DNA of 53,845 bases from Legionellaceae bacterium (GCA_947477015.1 CANJSM010000001.1:1-53845), one strand, 5' to 3'; shown: positions 37,978 through 48,538, counted from the stretch's first letter. Translations and numbers: made by a program. Notes: generated by a model from the letters alone, not told the origin.

Positions 37978-38841
37978 TTGAAGAGGATGATGCCAGCTCA
38001 AAGTGAGTTTGACCTTTTTATACAGACTCGTGAGGTTTTTTTTAAGGATTTGATCAGCTGTGCTGGGGATGCTTACATCCGATTGTTCATCAAGAATCAA
38101 ATGGAAAACGAGTTTTTTCGTGACCACAGTCAAATGAGTTTTTTTCATATTCACCCAGCTAGAGATGCTGCTAGAAAAGCACTCGAACGTTATTATCTCA
38201 CTTTTATTCGATTGCATGACGATTACTTGCATTCCCTCCTCACCGCCAAACAAATCAAACGTCAAGCCAAGTCTTTTTTGAAAAACTATATTGGCCAACA
38301 AGGTAACCAAGAGGCGTTTAAAATGGATTTTGAAGGCCGTATACGTCAATTGGCTTGGCAGCCTAGTTCTCAGTTCAATGAGGCTGATTACGCACCTGAT
38401 TCGTCTGATGATGAAGAGTTAGCCCCTGAGCAAAGGCCGCATGAGCCTCCCCATTCTTCTTCTATCTTCTCACCGATAAGGCGTGTTTTTTCGAGTTTAG
38501 GCGAAGTATTTTTTGAAAAAAAGGTCTCTGAACCAATGATGATCGAACTCATCAATACCCAAGAAGAGCCTTGGTTTCTCATGGAAGACGATAAGGACAT
38601 AGAGGGATTTTTAGCGGCTTTTTCAACGACTGATGAGCCTTGTATGGACGTGGAGATTGATCTTGCCCCTCAGCCGTTTGACAATGATGAAAGCTCTGAA
38701 CCCATTCATCTGTCTTGCTTTACTTATCAAAGGGCTTCAACAAAGCGAGTGACTTTTTTTGGGCTACCTGAAATCGATGAGATTCAATTAGAGCATCAGC
38801 CTTCGATTGAACAATCCATGACTGATTCCATGGATTTTTAG
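37978..38841 (+). CDS. orphan acidic hypothetical protein (candidate secreted effector)
   Basis: An AGGAGG RBS lies 7 nt before the TTG at 37978 (alternative ATG at 37987). It has no signal peptide, a Ser/Asp/Glu-rich C-terminal half, and ends ...EIDEIQLEHQPSIEQSMTDSMDF. Confidence 0.65.
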   Translation: MKRMMPAQSEFDLFIQTREVFFKDLISCAGDAYIRLFIKNQMENEFFRDHSQMSFFHIHPARDAARKALERYYLTFIRLHDDYLHSLLTAKQIKRQAKSFLKNYIGQQGNQEAFKMDFEGRIRQLAWQPSSQFNEADYAPDSSDDEELAPEQRPHEPPHSSSIFSPIRRVFSSLGEVFFEKKVSEPMMIELINTQEEPWFLMEDDKDIEGFLAAFSTTDEPCMDVEIDLAPQPFDNDESSEPIHLSCFTYQRASTKRVTFFGLPEIDEIQLEHQPSIEQSMTDSMDF

Positions 38842-39023
38842 TATGCTGTCACAAGCGCTGAGTAAGTCCAAGCCATTAAGCGCGAACTAATCGGAACCCT
38901 ATGAAGAATAGACGGATTGCCTAGGTGGCACTTTTCACCAATGCAAACATTGCTATATCACAAATATAACGCGAAGCTCGAGTTTTCTGTATTTGAAAAA
39001 TATTCTGCATTATCAAACGGTTT

Positions 39024-39055
39024 CCTCTTGAAATTATTCTGCTTTGTCCTCATAT
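39024..39055 (+). promoter_or_regulatory. sigma32 (RpoH) heat-shock promoter of htpG
   Basis: CCTCTTGAAA, a 14-nt spacer, then CCTCATAT, compared with the consensus CCCTTGAA-N13-15-CCCCATNT. It lies 39 nt upstream of the htpG ATG. Confidence 0.6.
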
Positions 39056-39093
39056 AAGAAAAGTAATTTTATTGTTTAACAGGAGATTGAGTA

Positions 39094-40977
39094 ATGGGTA
39101 ATAAGCAACAAACGATGGGCTTCCAAACTGAAGTCAAACAAATGCTGCACTTGGTGGTTCACTCGTTATACAGTAATAAAGAAATTTTTCTACGAGAACT
39201 CATTTCTAATGCATCAGATGCCTTGGATAAGTTACGATTTTTGGCGTTAGAAAATGGTGCACTTTACGAAGGTGACACGGACTTGCGTATTACCGTTGAA
39301 TACAATGAAGCATTAAAAACGGTGACTATTTCAGATAACGGCATTGGGTTAACATGGGATGAAGCTGTAGAGAACTTAGGTACGATTGCAAAGTCAGGTA
39401 CCAAAGAATTCATGAGTCATTTAACCGGTGAAAGCGCTAAAGACTCACAATTAATCGGTCAGTTCGGGGTTGGTTTTTACTCGGCATTCATTGTGGCTGA
39501 CAAAGTAACCGTTAAAAGTCGACGCGCAGGCACAGCCCCTGAAGAAGGCATTGTTTGGGAATCTGCTGGTGAAGGTGAGTTTACTATTGCTCAAGAAACA
39601 AAAGCAGGTCACGGCTCACAAATTATATTGCACATAAAAGACGGTGAAGAAGAGTTTTTAAGTGGTTGGCGTTTGCGTAGCATCATCAGTAAATACTCTG
39701 ATCATATTTCTTGGCCTATTGTCATGAAAGTAGAATCAGACGATGAGACAGATGATAAAAAAGAATTGAAATTTGAAACTGTGAACAAAGCCAATGCTTT
39801 ATGGACTCAGCAAAAATCTGAAATCACAGACGAACAGTATAAAGAATTATATAAACACATCTCGCACGATTATCAAGAGCCCTTGATGTGGTCACACAAT
39901 CATGTTGAAGGCAAGCATGAATACATCAGTTTGTTATACATTCCAAGTCATGCGCCTTATGATTTATGGCAACAAGAAGTCAAGCACGGCCTAAAATTAT
40001 ACGTGAAACGCGTCTTTATTATGGATGATGCTGCACAATTCTTGCCACGGTATTTACGCTTTATAAAAGGGATTGTTGATGCAGGCGATCTGCCTTTGAA
40101 TATTTCTCGTGAAATATTGCAAGACAATAAACAAATTGAAAGTATTCGTGGCGCATGCACTAAGCGTATATTGTCGATGCTTGAAAAAATGAGCACCCAA
40201 GATGTGGACAATTACCAGCGTTTTTGGGATGAGTTTGGTTTGGTTTTAAAAGAAGGGATGGTGGAAGATTTTGCCAACCGTGAGGCCATTTCAAAATTAC
40301 TACGATTCACAACAACAACCAGCAATGATGAAAAGCAAACGACTTCATTGATGGATTATGTCTCTCGTATGAAAGAAGGGCAGGACAAGATTTACTACGT
40401 CACGGCTTCAACCTATAACGCAGCAAAACATAGCCCTCACTTGGAAATCTTCAATAAAAAAGGCATTGAAGTGTTGTTGCTGAGTGATAGAATTGACGAG
40501 TGGTTGACTGGCCATTTGAATGAGTTTGAAGGTAAAAAACTACAATCAATTAGCAAGGGAAAAATTGACCTAGGGGATGAAAAACAGGACGAAAAAGAAG
40601 TAGAAAAACAAGAGAAATCGATGGCGCCTATGTTGGAGCAAATCAAAGGTGTATTGAAGGATCGTGTAAAAGATGTTCATTTAACCCATCGATTGACGAA
40701 TTCTCCTGCTTGCGTGGTTGCTGATGAGCACGACATGGGGTTTGAAATGCAACGTATTTTACAATCTGCAGGTCAAGCATTACCCGCTAGTAAACCAATA
40801 TTTGAAATTAATCCAGAGCACGCTTTGATTAAGCAGTTGCATGATATTAATGATGATACACGTTTTGCAGAATGGGTCATTGTGTTGTTTGAGCAGGCCG
40901 TTTTGGCTGAGGGTGGGCAACTGGATAATCCGGCTGATTTCGTCAACCGTGTTAATCATTTGTTAATTAACGCTTAG
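39094..40977 (+). CDS. htpG: molecular chaperone HtpG (Hsp90)
   Basis: Hsp90 signature [22 protein letters not shown] and [10 protein letters not shown]; full length, 627 aa. Confidence 0.95.
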   Translation: MGNKQQTMGFQTEVKQMLHLVVHSLYSNKEIFLRELISNASDALDKLRFLALENGALYEGDTDLRITVEYNEALKTVTISDNGIGLTWDEAVENLGTIAKSGTKEFMSHLTGESAKDSQLIGQFGVGFYSAFIVADKVTVKSRRAGTAPEEGIVWESAGEGEFTIAQETKAGHGSQIILHIKDGEEEFLSGWRLRSIISKYSDHISWPIVMKVESDDETDDKKELKFETVNKANALWTQQKSEITDEQYKELYKHISHDYQEPLMWSHNHVEGKHEYISLLYIPSHAPYDLWQQEVKHGLKLYVKRVFIMDDAAQFLPRYLRFIKGIVDAGDLPLNISREILQDNKQIESIRGACTKRILSMLEKMSTQDVDNYQRFWDEFGLVLKEGMVEDFANREAISKLLRFTTTTSNDEKQTTSLMDYVSRMKEGQDKIYYVTASTYNAAKHSPHLEIFNKKGIEVLLLSDRIDEWLTGHLNEFEGKKLQSISKGKIDLGDEKQDEKEVEKQEKSMAPMLEQIKGVLKDRVKDVHLTHRLTNSPACVVADEHDMGFEMQRILQSAGQALPASKPIFEINPEHALIKQLHDINDDTRFAEWVIVLFEQAVLAEGGQLDNPADFVNRVNHLLINA

Positions 40978-41160
40978 GCACTATTGTTTTATAGATTCCA
41001 ATAAGCTTAATATAAGTAAACATTGCACGAAGGCATAAAAATTGGCTAAAAGATTACGCAGATCTCTAGCTTATCAATTATCCTTCGTGTACAATTAATC
41101 CTGTTTCCAACTATATTGGGAGCAGGTGGACTATTCGTTTAAATTTAGGATAAGGAAGTT

Positions 41161-41466
41161 ATGATGAGTGATGTTGAAGTGCAAAAAGTTGCTGAAAATG
41201 TAATACAAGAAAAAGAACATGGATTGCAGGACTTAGTCTATGGTTTAGTAACACGTTTTCTTGCTGAAAACAAAAGTAAATCAATTAACGATTTATACGA
41301 CATGATCCTTTGTGAAGTTGAGCCGCCTCTGTTGCAAGCCGTTATGGAAAAACGCAGAGGGAATCAGTTGCAAGCAGCTAAAATGCTGGGTATCAGTCGC
41401 GGTACAATTAGAAAAAAACTTCAACGTTATTTTGGTACCAAATATTTTCGTTTAACAGACGAATAG
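41161..41466 (+). CDS. fis: Fis-family nucleoid-associated DNA-binding protein
   Basis: About 100 aa with the C-terminal HTH GNQLQAAKMLGISRGTIRKKL. Confidence 0.8.
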   Translation: MMSDVEVQKVAENVIQEKEHGLQDLVYGLVTRFLAENKSKSINDLYDMILCEVEPPLLQAVMEKRRGNQLQAAKMLGISRGTIRKKLQRYFGTKYFRLTDE

Positions 41467-41509
41467 TTGAAGTACGAAGTAAAATGGTGTGAGGTTAAAT
41501 CATACCGAC

Positions 41510-41547
41510 ATAAACGAAAGGCTTGCATTTGCAGGCCTTTCGTTTAT
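41510..41547 (+). terminator. hairpin terminator after fis
   Basis: ATAAACGAAAGGC-12 nt-GCCTTTCGTTTAT, a 13-bp stem with a T-rich 3' arm. Confidence 0.55.
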
Positions 41548-41587
41548 AGTATTGCGACCTTTTGCAATATTGATAAGGAAGTTATAA

Positions 41588-41941
41588 ATGATTAAAAAAG
41601 CAATAATGCTTATGATGTGTTTCTTTTCTTTCGCAAGTTTTTCTACAACCCTAGGTTTATGTCCTCCAGCGACAGAAACAAACTCTCAAGCTTTTTGTTA
41701 TTCATTTAAAGTAGCTGCTCAATGTCACTGTTCTTCATCGGGTTTACCTCGAGGTATGTGCATGAACATGAAATCTCTCTACGATCGTATGATCAGTATA
41801 TTCGGCTCGGTTCGTCGCGCCTGTGAATATCAGCGTGATACCAACACTCAAAACTGTATTGATTCTTGGACATGCTATCGTTCAGGTGGTTACACAAGCC
41901 AAAATACACTTTGCAATGGTAATGGTAACGCTTGCGAATAG
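41588..41941 (+). CDS. small secreted Cys-rich protein (10 Cys in the mature region), unknown function
   Basis: Signal peptide MIKKAIMLMMCFFSFASFS and a good RBS (AAGGAAG). There are ten cysteines in about 95 mature residues and no known motif. Confidence 0.6.
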   Translation: MIKKAIMLMMCFFSFASFSTTLGLCPPATETNSQAFCYSFKVAAQCHCSSSGLPRGMCMNMKSLYDRMISIFGSVRRACEYQRDTNTQNCIDSWTCYRSGGYTSQNTLCNGNGNACE

Positions 41942-41955
41942 GTGAACTTGTTGTT

Positions 41956-42606
41956 ATGTATATTTTTATATTTTTAAGTACTTTATTATGTTGTACCGCT
42001 TCTTTTTCGCAAGAAACGCTACAACCGAGCCCATCATCGCATCCACTATATATTGGGTTAGCCGGAGGTTACGGCTCAACCACATGGCAGGGATTGGTTC
42101 CCACACCTGAAAATCAGAACATGGGCATGAAAACCTCAACACCGCTTGTGGTGAGTGAAGGAGGGGGGATTTGGGGAATTTTAGCTGGATTAGAGTTGAG
42201 TCCTTATTTTGCCCTAGAAGCAAATTACTTCCGTTACCCCAAAGCAACGGTTTCTTTTGATGAAGAAAGTATATTTGCCTTTGAAAATGATGGCTTTCTT
42301 GATTTGCATACGGATACTAATGCCATCTCCATTATGGCGAAAATCATGCTAACTATTCCTAAAACCAATTTTCGTGGTTATTCTAGTTTCGGTGGCGCTG
42401 AAATTCATCGTTGGGATGAGCTCAACGACACAAAAAAAATGTCACCCTCATTTGGCGTCGGGATTATCTATGACATTTCACCGCATTTTATGACCGAATT
42501 AGGTTTTAATTATATTGCAGGTTATGGTGAATCTGAACTTAATCCAGCACTGGATTATGTGCCATTTTTGTATTCTGGTGTGTTGAAGTTGGCATATAAG
42601 TTTTAA
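41956..42606 (+). CDS. small outer-membrane beta-barrel protein (OmpA-N / OmpW-like 8-strand class)
   Basis: Signal peptide, alternating amphipathic strands with aromatic girdles, and the C-terminal OMP signature ...LKLAYKF. Confidence 0.65.
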   Translation: MYIFIFLSTLLCCTASFSQETLQPSPSSHPLYIGLAGGYGSTTWQGLVPTPENQNMGMKTSTPLVVSEGGGIWGILAGLELSPYFALEANYFRYPKATVSFDEESIFAFENDGFLDLHTDTNAISIMAKIMLTIPKTNFRGYSSFGGAEIHRWDELNDTKKMSPSFGVGIIYDISPHFMTELGFNYIAGYGESELNPALDYVPFLYSGVLKLAYKF

Positions 42607-44825
42607 ATCTTGGGCAACACTCTATCCAACCACTTCGGTAAATACCAGTTCCATTGTTTAACCAAGACCATTGTTGCCGGCACAAAAATACTTCGAACGA
42701 TAAATGCATCCACAAATATTGCTACAGCAATCCCAAGGCCAAACTCCTTCACCATGAGCACTTCAGCGACCATGAATGAGCCACAGGTGACGATAACAAT
42801 GATCGCAGCACTGGTAATAATTCGACTGCTATGTTCAATGCCATAAATGATGCTTTGATCGTTATCATGACATTTTTTATAGGATTCTTGGATCCTAGTC
42901 AACAGAAATACTTCGTAATCCATCGAAAAGCCAAATAAAGCACAGAAAATAATGACCAGTAGACTGACATCCAATATTCCTTGAGGGTTGAAATTTAACA
43001 GTTGATGTAAATGGCCTTCTTGGAAGATAAAAACAAGAACGCCATAGGTTGCACTTAAGCTTAATATGTTCATCAGGATAGCTTTAAACGGTAAAAACAA
43101 AGACCTCAACAGTAAGAGCAAGATAAGATAGGTCAGTCCAATAATCCATGCGAGAGCATAGGGAAATAGGTGTGATATTTTATGTAGAACATCGGCATTG
43201 GTCACAGGAACACCGGTTATTTGCATACCAATACCTTTGCCTTGATGCATATGATTTAATTGCGAAATTAATGTGTTCATTTCAGGAGAGTTAACACCAT
43301 GGTTGCTGACAATACTTATCACCGTGAATTGTTTACGCGTGCTGGTTTTTAATAAACTGTTGACGTTAGGATCATGAATGCGTCCTGACGTGGAATATAA
43401 CGCTTTATACTGTTCTTTTGTCAGAGAGGGCTCGAGGGTAACAATACTGTTTACTTGATTAATAAGTTTGTTTTTTTGCAGTTTTTGGGTTAGGTCATAG
43501 AGCGCGCCAATGTGCTTAGATGATAAAATATCCCCAGTTTTTGCCGTGACAATCAATTGTATAGGCGTTAGCTCATGTTCATTAAATTTCTTTTTATAGG
43601 CATCAAAAAACCGCATGCTGTCAGAGTGGGCGGGAAGAATATGAAGGTCTGAAACACCTGGTCTTACCGCTAAAAAGGGTGAGCCAAGCAATAGCAATAC
43701 AATTAACGCTGAAACAAAAAACAATAGGGGCCTTTTGACCACAGCAGTCGCCATAGTACGCCATGCGTTAACAGGACGAGGCTTAAATAGGACATTAAGA
43801 TTAATCGGTAAAAAATTGATTTTAGTATTTAAAATCGCAAGCACTGAAGGCAAGACAATGATCGAGATGAACATTGCTGTGAAGACAGCAGTCAACCCCC
43901 CAACTCCAACCGAAAATAAAATGTTAACGGGAAATAACAATAACGCCGTTAGACTGACAAAAACCGCTAAACCACTGAAGAAAACCGCTTTTCCTGCTGT
44001 ATCCATGGTATTTGCAATCGCATCAAGGTAATTAGACCCTCGATTTAACTCTTCTCGAAAACGACTAATCATGAATAACGAATAATCCAAACTCAGGCAA
44101 ATGCCTAAGAGTAAAGCAATATTAATTGTAAAAATGGAGAGCGAGAGAACGTGTCCTAAACAATATAAGGCCGTCAGAATCATCAAGGCACAACCACCAC
44201 ACAATATAATGGGTACTATGGCTGCAGATATAGAGCCAAATACTAAGACTAAAACAATCGTAGCAATAGGTGCTGCAATAAAATCAGCATGAAACAAATC
44301 TTGCTGAGTTTGTTGATTGACGCCATCCAAAAAAATAGGTTCACCACCTAGCCTTACGGTCATCTTATCGGGCGTTTTTACTTGGTGCTTAAACGCCGAC
44401 AGCCATTCAGTATCGTCTCCTGCTTTTGCATCAAACAATACCACAACGTATGCCGTGTGCTGGTCAGATGAGATTTGTTGTTTATTCATATCTGGAAAAA
44501 TGATTTGATGCTTAATAGGAAAGTTCTTTAAACCAGCTAAAGAATGCTTGATTTTATTGATATAGTCAGGACTTGAGGCCTGTAATTCGTTGCTGTGGTA
44601 AATGATTACAAATCGATTGTCGCCATAGCCTAGTTTTTTATCAAGATAGCGACTGGCTTTAGCGCTACTTGATTGTTCATCAACAAAACCCGTGTTTTGA
44701 AATGGATCCATCAGGTGAGGAATAATGGGCAGACAGCAAATCACCAATAACGTCCATATTGAAATAATGAACACTCGAAACTTATAGATAAATTGTCCAA
44801 GACGATAGAAAAGCATTGATTGCAT
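42603..44825 (-). CDS. MMPL-family RND-type membrane transporter
   Basis: A 740-aa protein with 12 TM helices in two 1+5 bundles, each preceded by a large periplasmic loop. It has the duplicated MMPL pattern (LSLDYSLFMISRFREE / FGFSMDYEVFLLTRIQE). Confidence 0.8.
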   Translation of the reverse strand: MQSMLFYRLGQFIYKFRVFIISIWTLLVICCLPIIPHLMDPFQNTGFVDEQSSSAKASRYLDKKLGYGDNRFVIIYHSNELQASSPDYINKIKHSLAGLKNFPIKHQIIFPDMNKQQISSDQHTAYVVVLFDAKAGDDTEWLSAFKHQVKTPDKMTVRLGGEPIFLDGVNQQTQQDLFHADFIAAPIATIVLVLVFGSISAAIVPIILCGGCALMILTALYCLGHVLSLSIFTINIALLLGICLSLDYSLFMISRFREELNRGSNYLDAIANTMDTAGKAVFFSGLAVFVSLTALLLFPVNILFSVGVGGLTAVFTAMFISIIVLPSVLAILNTKINFLPINLNVLFKPRPVNAWRTMATAVVKRPLLFFVSALIVLLLLGSPFLAVRPGVSDLHILPAHSDSMRFFDAYKKKFNEHELTPIQLIVTAKTGDILSSKHIGALYDLTQKLQKNKLINQVNSIVTLEPSLTKEQYKALYSTSGRIHDPNVNSLLKTSTRKQFTVISIVSNHGVNSPEMNTLISQLNHMHQGKGIGMQITGVPVTNADVLHKISHLFPYALAWIIGLTYLILLLLLRSLFLPFKAILMNILSLSATYGVLVFIFQEGHLHQLLNFNPQGILDVSLLVIIFCALFGFSMDYEVFLLTRIQESYKKCHDNDQSIIYGIEHSSRIITSAAIIVIVTCGSFMVAEVLMVKEFGLGIAVAIFVDAFIVRSIFVPATMVLVKQWNWYLPKWLDRVLPKI

Positions 44826-44973
44826 AAATTACCCTCGTTTATTATTTGCTTTTATTGTTCTATTATAGATCATTGTGAGCAGAACAAAAGAAAAATTCAT
44901 TTAAAAAATTGTATTCTACTGGATAGGCGGGCAGGTTTCAGTTATCATGTGAATTTTTCGAGCGACATATTTT

Positions 44974-45399
44974 ATGAAAATTTGTTTAAAAACCCATGCG
45001 AAACAAACGGGTTCGAGAACAGTTCAACTGTCTATACAAGATCGAAAACCTGCACACGTTACCTCGCCCTGTGAAGTGACTTGTGAATTTCAAGTAGAGG
45101 CATACAAAGGTTATTATCTATTGACGTTAAACGTGAGTGGATCGTTTGAAATTGCTTGTCAACGATGCATGGATGATTTTCACCATCATTTTGAAAACCA
45201 AACTCAATTAGCTCTTTGTGCCAATGATGACGTTGCTGAAACACTAATGGCAAGCTATGAATGTATTGTTGTCAATGATTACCAAGTTGACCTAATTGAT
45301 GTAGTAACCGATGAGTTACATTTGTTTTTACCAGAAAAGCATCCAGATCCGGCTGAATGTGAGCTTCAAATAAGTGGCTTGATTGGAGAATTAATCTAA
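44974..45399 (+). CDS. yceD: 23S rRNA accumulation protein YceD (DUF177)
   Basis: CQRCMDDF motif and the conserved position upstream of rpmF-plsX. Confidence 0.8.
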   Translation: MKICLKTHAKQTGSRTVQLSIQDRKPAHVTSPCEVTCEFQVEAYKGYYLLTLNVSGSFEIACQRCMDDFHHHFENQTQLALCANDDVAETLMASYECIVVNDYQVDLIDVVTDELHLFLPEKHPDPAECELQISGLIGELI

Positions 45400-45482
45400 A
45401 TTAATTCAATACCACTTGGATTGTAGATAAAAAATAGGTAAAATTCCGGCTTAATGAAAACAATTTGTTTAGGAGTAAGACA

Positions 45483-45680
45483 ATGGCAGTACAACAAAAT
45501 AAAAAATCACGTTCACGACGTGATATGCGTCGTTCACATGATGCCTTAACCATGCCAACACTTTCTGTGAATGCAACCACAGGTGAGCGTCATTTGCGTC
45601 ATCACATTACACCCGATGGTTATACCATTGGTGGTCGTAAAATTATTCTGTCTGGTACCGTTTACGAAGAACAAGAGTAA
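45483..45680 (+). CDS. rpmF: 50S ribosomal protein L32
   Basis: [22 protein letters not shown]...HLRHHIT, with an AGGAG RBS 7 nt upstream. Confidence 0.95.
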   Translation: MAVQQNKKSRSRRDMRRSHDALTMPTLSVNATTGERHLRHHITPDGYTIGGRKIILSGTVYEEQE

Positions 45681-45685
45681 AACGT

Positions 45686-46714
45686 TTGAATACGATTACC
45701 ATTGCCATTGATGCGATGGGCGGGGATCACGGCCTGAGTGTTGTGATTCCAGCCTGTCTGCGTGCCGTGCAAAATAATTCAGCATTGAAGCTACTCTTGG
45801 TCGGTGATCGGAACCAAGTCAATCTTCATTTGAAAAAACACGGTGCGTCCGTCAACGACCAAATTTCTGTTGTACATGCATCAGAAAAGGTAGGCATGGA
45901 CGAGTTGCCATCGCACGCGTTACGTAATAAAAAAGATTCATCGATGCGTGTCGCGATTAACTTGGTCAAAGAAGGTAAGGCTCAAGCTTGCGTGAGTGCT
46001 GGTAATACTGGTGCTCTTATGGCGACGGCGCGGTTTGTTCTTAAAACACTTCCAGGCATTGATCGTCCGGCTATTATCGCCGAGTTACCGACCAAGCAAG
46101 GTAGAACGCGAGTCATGGATCTCGGTGCAAACATTGATTCTTGTGCAGAACATTTATTTCAATTTGCCGTGATGGGCTCAGCTTTAATTCAAGCTCTCGA
46201 TGGAAAAGCAGCACCCAAAATTGGGTTGCTCAATATTGGTGTTGAAGAAATTAAAGGAAATGATCAAGTCAAACGCACCGCCCATATGCTGACAGAATGC
46301 AAGTTACTAAATTATGTCGGTTACGTAGAGGGTGAACATTTCTACACAGGTAAAGTTGATCTGGTGGTTTGCGATGGTTTTGTTGGTAATGTTGCATTAA
46401 AAGCCAGTGAAGGTTTAGCTAATTTAATGATTTCGGTTCTTAAAGAATCATTTCTGCAAAACTGGTGGGCAAAATTGGTCGGCCTCATGGCACGGCCTGC
46501 ATTAGCTCACTTGAAAAAACGCATGGATCCGGCTCGATACAATGGTGCTAGCCTATTGGGACTAAACGGCATAGTCGTTAAAAGCCACGGTGGCGCAAGT
46601 GATCATGCCTTCCAATTTGCCGTTGAAGAAGCGGTGCTGCAGGTTCAAAATAATGTGGTTGAATTGGTTCGAAACCAAATCACCGACTTTGTTAATCAAG
46701 GTTTGTTGCTCTAG
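45686..46714 (+). CDS. plsX: phosphate acyltransferase PlsX
   Basis: [12 protein letters not shown] and SAGNTGA motifs, with a TTG start. Confidence 0.9.
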   Translation: MNTITIAIDAMGGDHGLSVVIPACLRAVQNNSALKLLLVGDRNQVNLHLKKHGASVNDQISVVHASEKVGMDELPSHALRNKKDSSMRVAINLVKEGKAQACVSAGNTGALMATARFVLKTLPGIDRPAIIAELPTKQGRTRVMDLGANIDSCAEHLFQFAVMGSALIQALDGKAAPKIGLLNIGVEEIKGNDQVKRTAHMLTECKLLNYVGYVEGEHFYTGKVDLVVCDGFVGNVALKASEGLANLMISVLKESFLQNWWAKLVGLMARPALAHLKKRMDPARYNGASLLGLNGIVVKSHGGASDHAFQFAVEEAVLQVQNNVVELVRNQITDFVNQGLLL

Positions 46715-46726
46715 GAATCCATCATC

Positions 46727-47680
46727 ATGACCGTCATCGCCTATGTTTTTCCAGGACAAGGATCACAATCCGTCGGTATGTTACAAGAGCTCAGTGCTCG
46801 TTACCCCTTAATCATAGACTTATTCACATCGGTATCACAACGTGTTGGTTACGATGTGTGGGACTTGGTACAAAACGGTCCACAAGAACGCCTTAATCAA
46901 ACCGAACAAACTCAAGTGGCTATGTTGACGGCCGATGTCGCTGTTTATCAATTATTGCAGCAACTGGGCGCGCCCCGTGCTTCCATTATGGCCGGTCATA
47001 GTCTTGGTGAATATGCCGCATTAGTGTGTGCCGGCGCAATCGACTTGCCTGATGCCGCGGAATTAGTGGGCTTGCGTGGGAAGTTGATGCAACAAAATGT
47101 GCCCTTAGGCCAAGGTGCGATGGCAGCAATAGTCGGTTTGACTGATGCACAAGTCCTTGAGTTGTGTGCGACTGCAACAACAGCTACGCACCAAGTAACG
47201 CCAGCTAACTATAATGCGATTGGACAAGTTGTGATTGCAGGTCATACGCCTGCCGTAGAAAAAGCCATTGCCCTAGCCGATGAAATGGGCGCGCGCATGG
47301 CCGTTAATATCCCCGTGAGCGTACCCTGTCATTGCCCACTTCTAGCACAAGCATCCGAAATTTTTGGAGAAGAGTTGCGTAAAGCACCCTTCAAAACACC
47401 TATTGTGCCTGTGATTAGTAACGTGGATCTCAGTATTTACCAATCTGAGGAACAAATTAAAACATTATTAACACATCAGCTGTGTGAACCCGTGCGTTGG
47501 GTTGAAACGATTCAGATGATGAAAAACAAAGGTGTTGAGTTACTGATTGAATGTGGACCTGGGAAAATATTAAGCGGGTTAACTAAACGAATTGATAAAA
47601 CGTTGGCTGCCATGAGCGTTAATGACCAGTCTAGCTTAGAGCTCGCGTTAACTGCTCTGCAAAACCAAGACAAGAAATAG
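46727..47680 (+). CDS. fabD: malonyl-CoA:ACP transacylase
   Basis: FPGQGSQ and the active-site motif GHSLGEY. Confidence 0.95.
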   Translation: MTVIAYVFPGQGSQSVGMLQELSARYPLIIDLFTSVSQRVGYDVWDLVQNGPQERLNQTEQTQVAMLTADVAVYQLLQQLGAPRASIMAGHSLGEYAALVCAGAIDLPDAAELVGLRGKLMQQNVPLGQGAMAAIVGLTDAQVLELCATATTATHQVTPANYNAIGQVVIAGHTPAVEKAIALADEMGARMAVNIPVSVPCHCPLLAQASEIFGEELRKAPFKTPIVPVISNVDLSIYQSEEQIKTLLTHQLCEPVRWVETIQMMKNKGVELLIECGPGKILSGLTKRIDKTLAAMSVNDQSSLELALTALQNQDKK

Positions 47681-47697
47681 TTTAAGGGGATATATCT

Positions 47698-48444
47698 GTG
47701 TTAAACTTACATAATAAAACGGCGTTGATAACCGGTGCAAGTCGTGGAATTGGTAGAGCTATTCTTTTAACATTAGCTAAAAACGGCGCTTATGTAGTGG
47801 GTACTGCTACAACACAAGCTGGCGCTGATGAAATCACTGCGGCATTGCAACAAGAACAACTTGCAGGTCAAGGTGTTGTCTTGGATGTGACCCAAGCGGA
47901 TAGTGTGGCTACATTGATGGCTTATCTCGCGTCAGAAGATAAAGTACCTGCGATTTTGGTGAATAATGCAGGCATCACACGCGATAATCTTTTGTTGCGT
48001 ATGGATGATGAAGAATGGTATCAGGTCATTGAAACGAATTTGAATTCGGTATTTCGTTTAACCAACGCATGCATAAAACCTATGTTTCGTGCGCGTTGGG
48101 GGCGAATTATTAGTATTGGCTCAGTAGTTGGCTCAAGCGGTAATGCCGGTCAAGTCAATTATACTGCAGCTAAAGCTGGCGTTGTTGGTTTTTCTAAATC
48201 CTTGGCTCAAGAAATAGGCAGTAGAGGCATTACTGTGAATGTCGTGGCGCCAGGTTTCATTGATACTGACATGACAGCAGCATTACCTGATCTTGTGAAA
48301 GATGAGATGCTTAAGCGAATCCCCATGAAACGCTTAGGTAAAGTGGATGACATTGCCAATGTTGTTGCTTTTTTGGCATCTGATTGTGCGAATTATATTA
48401 CGGGTGAGACGATTCATGTCAATGGTGGCATGTACATGGATTAA
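47698..48444 (+). CDS. fabG: 3-oxoacyl-ACP reductase
   Basis: TGASRGIG, NNAG and YxxxK (YTAAK), with a GTG start. Confidence 0.95.
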   Translation: MLNLHNKTALITGASRGIGRAILLTLAKNGAYVVGTATTQAGADEITAALQQEQLAGQGVVLDVTQADSVATLMAYLASEDKVPAILVNNAGITRDNLLLRMDDEEWYQVIETNLNSVFRLTNACIKPMFRARWGRIISIGSVVGSSGNAGQVNYTAAKAGVVGFSKSLAQEIGSRGITVNVVAPGFIDTDMTAALPDLVKDEMLKRIPMKRLGKVDDIANVVAFLASDCANYITGETIHVNGGMYMD

Positions 48445-48538
48445 TGGTTTGGTTTTTTGCATTTGAAAAATTGCATGAACTAGCGCAAAATACATATTTT
48501 TTTTAACATTTTTATTAACCGAAGAGGAAATACAAGTT

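Noticed and set aside
41024-41091. Inverted repeat CACGAAGG...CCTTCGTG downstream of htpG.
   Set aside because: The stem is only 8 bp with a loop of about 50 nt and no T-run. This is too weak to call a terminator or regulatory site.
41146-41590. An identical 14-nt string, GATAAGGAAGTTAT, precedes both the fis start codon and the Cys-rich ORF start codon.
   Set aside because: Both copies are Shine-Dalgarno regions (AAGGAAG) in AT-rich context. The match is short and explained by RBS constraints, and there is no evidence of a repeat element.
44820-45074. 84-aa plus-strand ORF spanning the MMPL start, the intergenic promoter region and the yceD 5' end.
   Set aside because: It overlaps two better-supported genes and an AT-rich promoter region. 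It has no RBS.
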